A stretch of DNA of 33,695 nt from Candidatus Woesearchaeota archaeon (GCA_018302765.1 JAGVZG010000025.1:1-33695); one strand, 5' to 3'; positions 1 through 8,529 are shown, numbered from the stretch's first letter. Numbers and translations are program-made. Notes: generated from the sequence alone by a model not told the origin.

Positions 1-1041
1 GTTATTAAGTTAGAGAATGTAAATAACATAATACAGCAGTATATAGGAAGCACGTTAAAATATAATATACAATTGGCAATAATAATAACACAGATTGATG
101 ACGAAGGAGATCACACGCCTATTCCTTATGAAGTTAAGAAAGGAATTTATCCAAATGTCTTTGAAGGTATTAAAGAATTAATCTTAAGCGAACTTGATAA
201 TATATTAAACTTTATTTCAATTGACCAATCATCTAGAGATATAGTAATAAATAATAAACAAGAAGATAATATTAGAACAAAAATAATTAAGTCCTTAGAA
301 AACAACCAAGTAAATTTCTCATATTCCAGAGGATTCCTGTTCTTTATAAAACCAAAAATAGAATTTTATCAGGAATGCCTTATTGACAGGAAAACTTTCA
401 ATCTGCCAAGAACTTATAAAATAACTTATCAGACCATAGTCAAGTCTGAAGGAAAACCTGGTAAGTTAGCCCTGCAAGCAGCAGAAGAACAAGTACTAAT
501 TCCAGAAGCTTCAACGGTAGAAGATCCAAAAAACTGGATAATTCTTCCAGCAAATAATAAAGTTGGGAATTCTTCCTATCCAAATATATTAGTTTCAACA
601 GAAAGATCACACTCAAACAATAAATGGGGTGAATGCCAAACTTTGCTCCACAGTGAACAAGAATTTATGCTTACAATAAGGCAGTTTGTTGATTTCATCA
701 ATTTATTAAGGTCTGGAAATGTAAAATATGCAGACGGTTCTAAAATAGCTAAAAGAAAAATAAAGAAAATTTTAAATGAAATAATAAAAGTAAGAGAACC
801 ATCGAGAGCTGAATGGCTTGATGCTGGAATAGACTTAGATTACTGGCTGTCAAATTCAACTTCCTGGGGAATTCCTAAAACTAATATCCCAAATGGTAGT
901 TTATATTATTGGCATCCAAGAGATACAGCTGTCGTTAGGTTCGGGGTCAATTCTGGCGGGGTCGGCTTGAACTGTGGCGGGAATCCTCGGGGCTCGGGCT
1001 CGGGGTTGTGGGTACGTCGCGCAAAAATTTTTAGGCAATAA
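1..1041 (+). CDS. Putative DGR target (variable) protein with C-terminal CLec-like domain; 5'-partial
   Basis: Frame 1 is open from base 1 (VIKLENVNN...), so the TTG at 73 is probably not the true start. The C-terminus AVVRFGVNSGGVGLNCGGNPRGSGSGLWVRR matches the 'RF.A.S....L.C..NP..S.S.LGVR' tail of DPANN DGR variable proteins. Confidence 0.7.
   Translation, partial: VIKLENVNNIIQQYIGSTLKYNIQLAIIITQIDDEGDHTPIPYEVKKGIYPNVFEGIKELILSELDNILNFISIDQSSRDIVINNKQEDNIRTKIIKSLENNQVNFSYSRGFLFFIKPKIEFYQECLIDRKTFNLPRTYKITYQTIVKSEGKPGKLALQAAEEQVLIPEASTVEDPKNWIILPANNKVGNSSYPNILVSTERSHSNNKWGECQTLLHSEQEFMLTIRQFVDFINLLRSGNVKYADGSKIAKRKIKKILNEIIKVREPSRAEWLDAGIDLDYWLSNSTSWGIPKTNIPNGSLYYWHPRDTAVVRFGVNSGGVGLNCGGNPRGSGSGLWVRRAKIFRQ
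928..1022 (+). other. Putative DGR variable region (VR)
   Basis: Bases 931-1020 are 59/90 G+C with only 8 A, in a ~28% GC background. GGC/GTC/GGG codons sit where AAC-type template codons would be expected. Confidence 0.65.
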
Positions 1042-1045
1042 TTTT

Positions 1046-2932
1046 TTACACAACGTTTACATAGACTTTCTTAACGTCTTTTATTTTATTTATTCTAGAA
1101 ATAACTTCATTTAATTTATCTAAGCTTCCAACATCTGCAGTAAATACACATTCAACATTACTGTCTTTTAATATTTTACATTTAGCACCATTTATCAGTA
1201 CAAATTTATTTATACTGTTTAGGATTTCCTTAAATAAACCAGGCCTGTCTTTTGCATCAACTGTTATTTTAACAGGTTCTTTAAATTTTTCTAGCCAACT
1301 AATTTTGATCTTGTTTTTACTAATTTTTCCAATTGATGTACAGTTAATCTTATGAACCATCATTTTGACATTACTATTTTTAATTCCAATTATTTTATCA
1401 CCAGGTAAAGGTTTGCAGCATAAAGCCAGTTTAACTTTTAGTTTTTTATCGCCTTCAAATACAAGTAAGATTTCACCAATATCTTTTTTAATTTCTTCAT
1501 AAGTGGAATAAATCCTTGTAGTAATTTTGCCCAATTCTTTTAAGGCATGTTTGATTTTTGTTCTTCCCTTTTCTGTTTTTGCAAATTTCAGCCATTCTCT
1601 GCTTGGTTTTTGAGTCTTAGAAGTCAATACCTCAACAACGTCACCATTATCAAGCTTCTCCTTCAAAGATGCAAAAACACCATTTATTCTTGCACCTATA
1701 CAATGATCACCTAAATCACTATGAACAGAATAAGCAAAATCTATTACAGTTGCGCCGCTTGGAAGTTCAACAACTTTTCCTTTTGGTGTAAAAGCAAAAA
1801 ACTCATCGCCAAAGAAGTCAACATTAAATTTGTTTTCAGCATCTTTATTCTCAACAAGCTGTTTAAGCCAGCTTAGTTTTCTGTCAAATTCATTTTCATG
1901 ACTGACTTTTTTGTAACTAAAATGTGCTGCAATACCTTCTTCAGCCACACCATGCATATCAAAAGTTCTTATCTGGACTTCAAATATTCTGCCTTCATTA
2001 TCAACAACAGAAGTATGCAATGATTGATAGCCATTTGGTTTTGGCATTGCTATGTAATCTTTAAACCTGTTTGGTATAGGCCTAAAATTGTTATGAACAA
2101 TCCTGAGGGCATTATAGCAATCTTCGACATTATTTACTATTACCCTAAAAGCTAAAATATCATAAATATCTTCTAAGTTATGAGTTTTTTCATTAATCTT
2201 CTTATAAATGCTATAAATATGCTTAATCCTTACTTCTAATTCTGCTTCAATTCCCTCTTTCTTAAGAGAAGATTCAATACTATTCTTGATCTTAAACAAG
2301 GCTTTCTCATCACCTTTTCTTATTTTTTCAACTTTGTTCAATATTTGGCTGTAAATCTTTTCATCAAGACACCTAAAAGCCAAGTCTTCCATTTCAGATT
2401 TAATCTTGCCAAGTCCCAATCTATAAGCCAATGGTGCATAAATATCCATAACTTCTTTTGCAATTCTCTTTCTTTCATTTTGAGGTAAGAAATCTATTTC
2501 TCTTAGATTCACAATTTTATCGCATAATTTTATTAACAATGCCCTTATGTCTCTGGAAGCAGCCAGCATAACTTTCCTTAAGCCTTCAATGTCTTTGGTA
2601 TTTTTTGTTATATTTTTTTTAATTTCCCCCATTCTTTCTATATTTTCCAGAATTTCAGCAATGTCTCTTCCAAATAACCTTGTTATTTCTTTTATATTGC
2701 CACCTTTGTTTAAAATGCCATGCATAAGTGCCGCGGCTATAGAATTCTCATCTAATTTCAAATTAGCTGCTTCATAAGCAACATCTAAATAATGTTCTGT
2801 CCAGGGTTTGCCAGAAGCCCTTGTTTTTTCATCAACAACACTGCTGGAATATTTGTATGTTTTCTCAAGTAAATCAATATTAACTTCTTTATTATATCTC
2901 ATAACTTTTTTTATTAAGTCTTTAAAATGCAT
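1046..2932 (-). CDS. rel: Long RelA/SpoT homolog (HD*-SYNTH-TGS-ZFD-ACT); synthetase motifs intact, hydrolase degenerate
   Basis: Synthetase motifs RIKHIYSIYKK, DILAFRVIV, RFKDYIAMPKPNGYQSLHT and EVQIRT..MH..AEEGIAAH. TGS FTPKG..VELP.GAT.IDFAY.VHSDLG. ZFD CCKPLPGD...H..C. ACT DRPGL. The HD motif reads AAALMHGIL. Confidence 0.95.
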   Translation of the reverse strand: MHFKDLIKKVMRYNKEVNIDLLEKTYKYSSSVVDEKTRASGKPWTEHYLDVAYEAANLKLDENSIAAALMHGILNKGGNIKEITRLFGRDIAEILENIERMGEIKKNITKNTKDIEGLRKVMLAASRDIRALLIKLCDKIVNLREIDFLPQNERKRIAKEVMDIYAPLAYRLGLGKIKSEMEDLAFRCLDEKIYSQILNKVEKIRKGDEKALFKIKNSIESSLKKEGIEAELEVRIKHIYSIYKKINEKTHNLEDIYDILAFRVIVNNVEDCYNALRIVHNNFRPIPNRFKDYIAMPKPNGYQSLHTSVVDNEGRIFEVQIRTFDMHGVAEEGIAAHFSYKKVSHENEFDRKLSWLKQLVENKDAENKFNVDFFGDEFFAFTPKGKVVELPSGATVIDFAYSVHSDLGDHCIGARINGVFASLKEKLDNGDVVEVLTSKTQKPSREWLKFAKTEKGRTKIKHALKELGKITTRIYSTYEEIKKDIGEILLVFEGDKKLKVKLALCCKPLPGDKIIGIKNSNVKMMVHKINCTSIGKISKNKIKISWLEKFKEPVKITVDAKDRPGLFKEILNSINKFVLINGAKCKILKDSNVECVFTADVGSLDKLNEVISRINKIKDVKKVYVNVV

Positions 2933-2953
2933 ATGAAATAATTACTTAAGAAG

Positions 2954-2962
2954 CTTTAAAAG
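2954..2962. promoter_or_regulatory. Candidate bidirectional TATA box between divergent rel and E1 genes
   Basis: CTTTAAAAG is centred about 26-27 nt from both ATGs (2932 and 2985). Confidence 0.45.
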
Positions 2963-2984
2963 TTTTGTCAAATGCCAAATTACC

Positions 2985-3938
2985 ATGAGATACATAAGAC
3001 AGGAACAATTTAGTAAAATAGGTAAAGAAAACCAGGAGAAGCTTCTAAAAGCAACAGTGTCTATAGTAGGTATAGGTGCTCTGGGCACAACAGTTTTAGA
3101 TATATTATCAAGAGCAGGTATAGGAAGAATAAAAATAATAGACAGAGATATAATAGAACTGAATAATTTGCACAGGCAGATATTATTTACAGAGGAGGAT
3201 TTAGGGAAGCCAAAAGTTGCTGTAGCAAAAGAAAAAATATTGCAGATAAATTCAGAAATAAATATAGAAGAACATTTGATAGATTTGGATTATGATAATA
3301 TTGATTTAATAAAAAGTGATTTAATAATTGATTGCACAGACAATATTTACACAAGGTTTCTTATTAACGAATATTCAAGAAAAAATAATATTCCTTGGAT
3401 ATATGCTTCTGTAATTGGTTCTAGAGGCATGACAATGAACGTAACTAGTGAAACACCTTGTTTTTCATGCATATTTAAGGAACCAGGTCAGCCATTGGAT
3501 ACGTGCGACACTGAAGGAATATTAAACACAGTTCCGCATGCCTTAGCAGCAATACAAGCAACAGAAGCAATAAAAATACTTACAGATCAAGACTACAGCA
3601 AAGAACTAATACATTATAATTTATGGAACAATGAAATAACAAAAGTTAAAGTCAAGAAATCAAATGAATGCACAGTTTGTAATGGAAAGTATAAATATCT
3701 GGAAGGCAAAAAATCTCGTGGAGTAATAAAAATATGCGGTTCATGCAATTATCAAATAAAGATCGAGAATGTAAATATGCTGGACCTATTTAATAAATTA
3801 AACAAATTAAATAGCATAAAAACAACAGAAGATTGTCTTATATTACCTAATGTTATATTCTTTAAAAGTGGGAGAGCATTAGTAAAAGCTAAAACAAAGG
3901 AAAAAGCAAAGGCAATAGTAGATAGGTATTTAGGATGA
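2985..3938 (+). CDS. ThiF/MoeB/UbaA-family E1-like adenylyltransferase with extra C-terminal domain
   Basis: VGIGALG nucleotide-binding loop, DRD.IELNNLHRQ, DCTDN, Zn motifs CFSC and CTVC, catalytic-Cys region CDTEGIL. Confidence 0.92.
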   Translation: MRYIRQEQFSKIGKENQEKLLKATVSIVGIGALGTTVLDILSRAGIGRIKIIDRDIIELNNLHRQILFTEEDLGKPKVAVAKEKILQINSEINIEEHLIDLDYDNIDLIKSDLIIDCTDNIYTRFLINEYSRKNNIPWIYASVIGSRGMTMNVTSETPCFSCIFKEPGQPLDTCDTEGILNTVPHALAAIQATEAIKILTDQDYSKELIHYNLWNNEITKVKVKKSNECTVCNGKYKYLEGKKSRGVIKICGSCNYQIKIENVNMLDLFNKLNKLNSIKTTEDCLILPNVIFFKSGRALVKAKTKEKAKAIVDRYLG

Positions 3939-4180
3939 TTGTAAGAAGATGTTCAACCAAAGGAGCATTTGAAGCAATTCCTGAGAAAAATATAAACCTT
4001 AATCTATATAAAATTAAATTAAAATATGAAACTATAGCAGACCTCCCTATTTTGGTATTAATTAAATATAATAATTACGAAATCACATGTTATAAGAATG
4101 GCAAGTTGATCATAAGAAAATGCGAAATTAAAGAAGAAGCTGAAAAAATAGCAAATAAAATATATGAAGATGCAAAATGA
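3935..4180 (+). CDS. Small protein resembling the C-terminal domain of the upstream E1
   Basis: ATGA overlap with E1. Manual alignment RRC...ITCYKNGKLII...EEAEKIANK versus KIC...VIFFKSGRALV...EKAKAIVDR. Confidence 0.7.
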   Translation: MIVRRCSTKGAFEAIPEKNINLNLYKIKLKYETIADLPILVLIKYNNYEITCYKNGKLIIRKCEIKEEAEKIANKIYEDAK

Positions 4181-4965
4181 AAGGAATAATACTGGCTGCA
4201 GGGTCTTCAAAGAGATTAAGGCCATTAACTGAAAATTTGCCAAAATGTATGTTGCCTGTATACGGAAAGCCAATTATACAAAATACAATAGAATTATTTA
4301 GAAATAATAAAATTAATGATATATCAATTATTAGGGGTTGGCAAAAGGAAAAAATAAATTTTGCTGATGTAAATTATTTTGAAAATACAGATTTCTGGAA
4401 TAATAATATATTGTATTCATTGATGTTTGCAAGGAAAAAACTGGAAGAAGCAATAAAAACAAATGAAGAAGTGATAATTACTTATTCTGATATATGGTAT
4501 AATGAAATTGTTGTTAAAGAATTATTGCAAGACAAGCACGATATGGCTGCAATTGTAGATACTGACTGGCAGGATTATTACATCGGAAGAACAGAACATC
4601 CAATTACAGAGGCAGAAAATGTTATCTTGGATGATAAAAAAAGAATACTGAAGATAGGTAAGCATATTTTTACTGACAATATTTCAAAGGAAAGACAAGG
4701 TGAATTTATTGGATTATGGAAATTTACTCCAAGGGGGACCACAAATTTTCTGCAGCATTTTGACAGATTAAACAATGTTTTGAAAGTGACAGAGCCTTAT
4801 CAGAATACGAAAGAATGGCAGAAATCATACATTACAGACATTTTTCAGGAAATGATTGACAAAGGGGAAAATATTTATGCAGTTTCAATACAAAAAAACT
4901 GGAAGGAATTTGATACTGTGCAAGATTATGAAAGAATAAAAAACGAAAAAGAATTTAATATTTAG
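4177..4965 (+). CDS. Nucleotidyltransferase, phosphocholine cytidylyltransferase (LicC)-like
   Basis: IILAAGSSKRLRPLTENLPKCML signature, YSD, EFIGL, W.EFDT.QDY. Confidence 0.85.
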   Translation: MKGIILAAGSSKRLRPLTENLPKCMLPVYGKPIIQNTIELFRNNKINDISIIRGWQKEKINFADVNYFENTDFWNNNILYSLMFARKKLEEAIKTNEEVIITYSDIWYNEIVVKELLQDKHDMAAIVDTDWQDYYIGRTEHPITEAENVILDDKKRILKIGKHIFTDNISKERQGEFIGLWKFTPRGTTNFLQHFDRLNNVLKVTEPYQNTKEWQKSYITDIFQEMIDKGENIYAVSIQKNWKEFDTVQDYERIKNEKEFNI

Positions 4966-4972
4966 AGTTAAA

Positions 4973-5539
4973 ATGAAAGGATTATTATTAATTTCAGGAG
5001 GATTTGATTCTGCAGTTGCAGGTTATTTAATGCAGCAGAAAGGAGTAGAAGTTCATGCAGTTCATTTTTCCTATGAACCATTTACAGATAATAGTCCAGA
5101 AATAAAATCAAAGGCAACTTCAGATTTATTAAACTTCAAAAGTTTTACAGTAATAAATATTTCAAAAGAAGTGGAAGAAATAGCAAAAAAATGCAATCAC
5201 AGATTATATTTTATTTTATCTAAAAGATTAATGATGAAAAAAGCAGAGGAATTAGCTAAGGAATTAAGCTGTGATTTTTTAATAACAGGAGAGAATCTGG
5301 CACAAGTCTCTAGCCAAACATTGTCTAATTTGCAATCAATAACAGATGCAGCGAAAATGCAAATTTTAAGACCATTATTGACTTATGATAAGGAGGAAAT
5401 ATTAAAAATAGCAAGAAAAATAGGAACGTATGAAATTTCAAAAGGACCAGAAGTATGTGATTGTCTTGGACCAAAAAATCCAGCAACAAAATCATATTTA
5501 GAAGAAGTAAGGCTGGAAGAAAAGAAATTAAAAATATAA
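4973..5539 (+). CDS. thiI: ThiI-like PP-loop sulfurtransferase, catalytic domain only (no NFLD/THUMP)
   Basis: LLISGGFDS PP-loop, TGENLAQVSSQT, LRPL..DKEEI..ARKIGTYEIS, PEVC. Only 188 aa. Confidence 0.85.
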   Translation: MKGLLLISGGFDSAVAGYLMQQKGVEVHAVHFSYEPFTDNSPEIKSKATSDLLNFKSFTVINISKEVEEIAKKCNHRLYFILSKRLMMKKAEELAKELSCDFLITGENLAQVSSQTLSNLQSITDAAKMQILRPLLTYDKEEILKIARKIGTYEISKGPEVCDCLGPKNPATKSYLEEVRLEEKKLKI

Positions 5540-5543
5540 AATT

Positions 5544-5858
5544 TTAACCTACTCCTCCTAACATAAAACCAATAATTGGTAAGACAAATAAAAATAATAA
5601 TTTAAAAAGTATCTCAATTATTGATATAATAATTCCTGACTTTGCGACTTTTTTTGCAGATGATTTAAGTCCAATTATTCCAAATATTATTGGGATGGTG
5701 GGTAAAATAAATAGGCTTACTGGGATGTGTTTATATGTCTGTCTGATAATATTTATATTGCCTTGTGCAGTTAGAAGAAAGAACTCAAGTGTTCCTAAAA
5801 TACTAAATAGTGCAAAAGCTAATGAAACAATTGCATATGCATCTGATATTTTTTTCAT
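5544..5858 (-). CDS. Small membrane protein (DUF4190-like pattern)
   Basis: Three hydrophobic segments; AIVSLAF...IIFGIIGL...A.SGIIISII pattern. Confidence 0.65.
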   Translation of the reverse strand: MKKISDAYAIVSLAFALFSILGTLEFFLLTAQGNINIIRQTYKHIPVSLFILPTIPIIFGIIGLKSSAKKVAKSGIIISIIEILFKLLFLFVLPIIGFMLGGVG

Positions 5859-5919
5859 AGTTTAAACAATATAAATTAATATTAAATACTTTTATAAGTT
5901 TTCTTATTATTTTGTTAAT

Positions 5920-6297
5920 ATGAAAAGATTAGCACTATATTTAGGATTGGTTTTTGCAAGTTGTAGTCAAGACACAACAGATATAGCAAGGTATGCATTA
6001 AAAAATGATCAGGATCTTAGAAAAATTGCAGAGGAATATATAACAGATTCCACTCCGAATATGTTCAATTATAGATTTTCTGATGAAACAGAATTAATAT
6101 TTACAGATTATCCATCATATGAAAATTATGGTCATGAAGACACATTGTCAATTTTCTTTAAAAGAAGAGTGGATATTTCGGAGTTTGCTAGAGAAGGAAG
6201 AGTAGCTGATAATGGCCTGGATGGAAAATTAGAATTATGCGATCCTGAAGATGAATGTATTGAAACGTTAAAGAGAGTTAGACAAAGAATAAAATGA
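5920..6297 (+). CDS. Hypothetical secreted or lipoprotein-like protein
   Basis: MKRLALYLGLVFASC: signal peptide-like N-terminus ending in Cys. Confidence 0.6.
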   Translation: MKRLALYLGLVFASCSQDTTDIARYALKNDQDLRKIAEEYITDSTPNMFNYRFSDETELIFTDYPSYENYGHEDTLSIFFKRRVDISEFAREGRVADNGLDGKLELCDPEDECIETLKRVRQRIK

Positions 6298-6485
6298 AAA
6301 TTTATCTGGAAAAAACAAATGAATACAAAGATGTAGAAGCATCAACAGTTAAGGAATTATTAGCAAAACTAAAAATTAATCCTACAACAGTTATAGTAAT
6401 TAAAAATAATGAATTAGTTTCAGAAGATGATAAGGTATCAAACAAAGATGAAATTAAGCTTCTTTCTGTAATTTCAGGTGGCTAA
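6294..6485 (+). CDS. Ubiquitin-like sulfur carrier (SAMP/ThiS/MoaD family)
   Basis: 63 aa with a beta-grasp pattern and C-terminal VISGG; overlaps the ncsA start. Confidence 0.92.
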   Translation: MKIYLEKTNEYKDVEASTVKELLAKLKINPTTVIVIKNNELVSEDDKVSNKDEIKLLSVISGG

Positions 6486-7408
6486 TGGTTTGCAAAAATT
6501 GTCAAGAAAGACCAGTAATAAAACTTACTAATAGTAATATTTATTTATGTAAAAATTGTTTTATAAAATATTTTGAAAAAAAAGTAAAAAAGACAATATC
6601 TGATTACAAATTAATAGAAAAAAATGATAATATAATTATTGCAACTAGTGGAGGAAAAGACAGTACATCTTTATTATATCTTCTAAAGAAAATACTTAAA
6701 GGCAGAAAAGACATTAAAATTATAGCCATAGCAATAGATGAAGGAATTCATAATTACAGGGATAAAAGCCTAGAGTTCTTAAAAATATTCTGCCAAGAAC
6801 ATGAAGTTGAACTAAAAATATTTTCTTATAAAGAAGAATTTGGTAAGTCATTAGATGAAATATTAAAAACCTACAAAGGAATTCCATGTTCTATATGCGG
6901 TGTTTTAAGAAGGTATCTATTAAACAAGAAATCAAAAGAGCTAAAAGCTACAAAGTTAGCTACAGGGCACAATTTGGATGACGAAGCGCAAAGTATAGTA
7001 ATGAACTATTTTAAAAATAATATAAAAATATCAGCTAGACTTGGTCCAATAACAGGAATAAAAAAAGATGAGAAATTCATACCAAGAATTAAACCGCTAT
7101 ATTTTCTTACAGAAAAAGAAGTTACAGCTTATGCATTTTTAAAAGGGTTTATGGACAAATTCAATGAATGTCCAAACAGCCCTTATTCATATAGAGGTCA
7201 AATAAGAGATATGTTAAATGATTTTGAAGCTAAATATCCAGGCACAAAGCATTCAATTATAATGTCATTCCTGGAGTTACTGCCTGTCTTAAAGGAAAAT
7301 TATAGAAATAATCTACATGCAATAAATTACTGTGTATCATGCAGTGAGCCTTGTTCACAAAAAGAATGTAAGACATGTAAATATATAAAAACAGTTATCA
7401 AATTGTAA
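6485..7408 (+). CDS. ncsA: tRNA 2-thiolation protein NcsA/Ctu1/TtuA (TIGR00269-like)
   Basis: N-terminal CxxC...CxxC, SGGKDS PP-loop, CSIC, TGHNLDDE, RIKPL, ECP, C-terminal Zn finger. Confidence 0.93.
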   Translation: MVCKNCQERPVIKLTNSNIYLCKNCFIKYFEKKVKKTISDYKLIEKNDNIIIATSGGKDSTSLLYLLKKILKGRKDIKIIAIAIDEGIHNYRDKSLEFLKIFCQEHEVELKIFSYKEEFGKSLDEILKTYKGIPCSICGVLRRYLLNKKSKELKATKLATGHNLDDEAQSIVMNYFKNNIKISARLGPITGIKKDEKFIPRIKPLYFLTEKEVTAYAFLKGFMDKFNECPNSPYSYRGQIRDMLNDFEAKYPGTKHSIIMSFLELLPVLKENYRNNLHAINYCVSCSEPCSQKECKTCKYIKTVIKL

Positions 7409-7496
7409 AAACCCAATTTAAGCTCAGATAAGGTCAAATTAATATGAAAAAATTTATATACTAGATATTACTAAACTTCTTGAGGTAAACTTAAAG

Positions 7497-7829
7497 ATGG
7501 TTCCTGATCAAGATGTAATAATTTCATGCACAAGATGTACTATTAACGTCCCTATAGGACAGACAACTTATGAAACTAATAGTAGAAATTTAATCTGCTT
7601 TAATTGCTATAATAAACTGGCAAGAGGTTTACAGCCTGATAAAATAATTCAATCAGCTGAAATGCCTGAAAAAGTAATCTATAAATGTATGGCTTGTAGC
7701 TATAAATTTTCACGTTCAAGAGAATTTCAATTTGGTGGGCGTTGCTTCCATTGCGGAAAAGCAGCAGTTCAAGTTGAAGAAACAAAACAGATTCTTGCTA
7801 AAGATAGAAAAAGCTTATTAGATTATTAA
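7497..7829 (+). CDS. Double zinc-ribbon small protein
   Basis: Four CxxC pairs (CTRC, CFNC, CMAC, CFHC). Confidence 0.75.
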   Translation: MVPDQDVIISCTRCTINVPIGQTTYETNSRNLICFNCYNKLARGLQPDKIIQSAEMPEKVIYKCMACSYKFSRSREFQFGGRCFHCGKAAVQVEETKQILAKDRKSLLDY

Positions 7830-7843
7830 TTTATTTTCTTTAT

Positions 7844-8320
7844 ATGGATTATGATACAATAGCTAAAAGTTATAATGAGCTTTACATAGAAGAACAATTA
7901 AGAAAACTAAATATAATTAAAAAATATCTAAAAATTAAGAAAAACCATAAATTGTTGGATGTTGGGTGTGGCACAGGAATTTCAACAAATTTCTTTGATT
8001 GTAAAACTTTTGGCATAGATAAAAGTAAGGAAATGATTGAGCAAGGAAATGGAAACCTGATTCAGTCATTGGCAGAAGACCTTCCATTCAAAGATAAATA
8101 TTTTGATATCGTAATTTCTGTAACATCAGTGCATAATTTTGATAATCCTAAAAAAGCACTAAAAGAAATTCAAAGAGTGAAAAAGTCAAAAGCACAGGTT
8201 GTTATTACATTGTTAAACAAATCAATTAAATATAATAAAATTAAAGAATTAATCAAGAAATATTTTGAAATAATAAGTGAAATAGATGAAGATAAGGATA
8301 CAATATTCATCCTTAGATAA
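7844..8320 (+). CDS. Class I SAM-dependent methyltransferase
   Basis: LLDVGCGTG motif I; AEDLPFKDKYFDIVIS. Confidence 0.9.
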   Translation: MDYDTIAKSYNELYIEEQLRKLNIIKKYLKIKKNHKLLDVGCGTGISTNFFDCKTFGIDKSKEMIEQGNGNLIQSLAEDLPFKDKYFDIVISVTSVHNFDNPKKALKEIQRVKKSKAQVVITLLNKSIKYNKIKELIKKYFEIISEIDEDKDTIFILR

Positions 8321-8362
8321 AATAATTAATTTTTTATACTGTTTCAATATGTTTTATTTATT

Positions 8363-8476
8363 GGGCTCGTAGCGCAGCCAGGAAGCTTCTCAAACCTTAG
8401 TTAAGGTAAGAGTATTGGTATATAGCGCAGCAGGTTCCTAACCTGTTGGTCGGGGGTTCAAATCCCCTCGGGCCCG
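8363..8476 (+). tRNA. tRNA-Arg(CCT) with a 39-nt D-loop intron (about 8383-8421, position ~19/20)
   Basis: Acceptor GGGCTCG/CGGGCCC, anticodon arm GCAGG-TTCCTAA-CCTGT, T arm GGGGG-TTCAAAT-CCCCT. The D loop AGCCAGG|ATA is restored after excision; central helix GCCA/TGGT. Confidence 0.9.
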
Positions 8477-8529
8477 CTTGTCTCTCAAAAGGAGTAAATT
8501 TATAAATTTATTCAGTTCTTTCTTATAAA

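Noticed and set aside
1023-1046. AT-only stem (AAAAATT/AATTTTT) after the VR as a DGR target-recognition hairpin
   Set aside because: Weak, low-complexity pairing that is expected by chance at this AT content.
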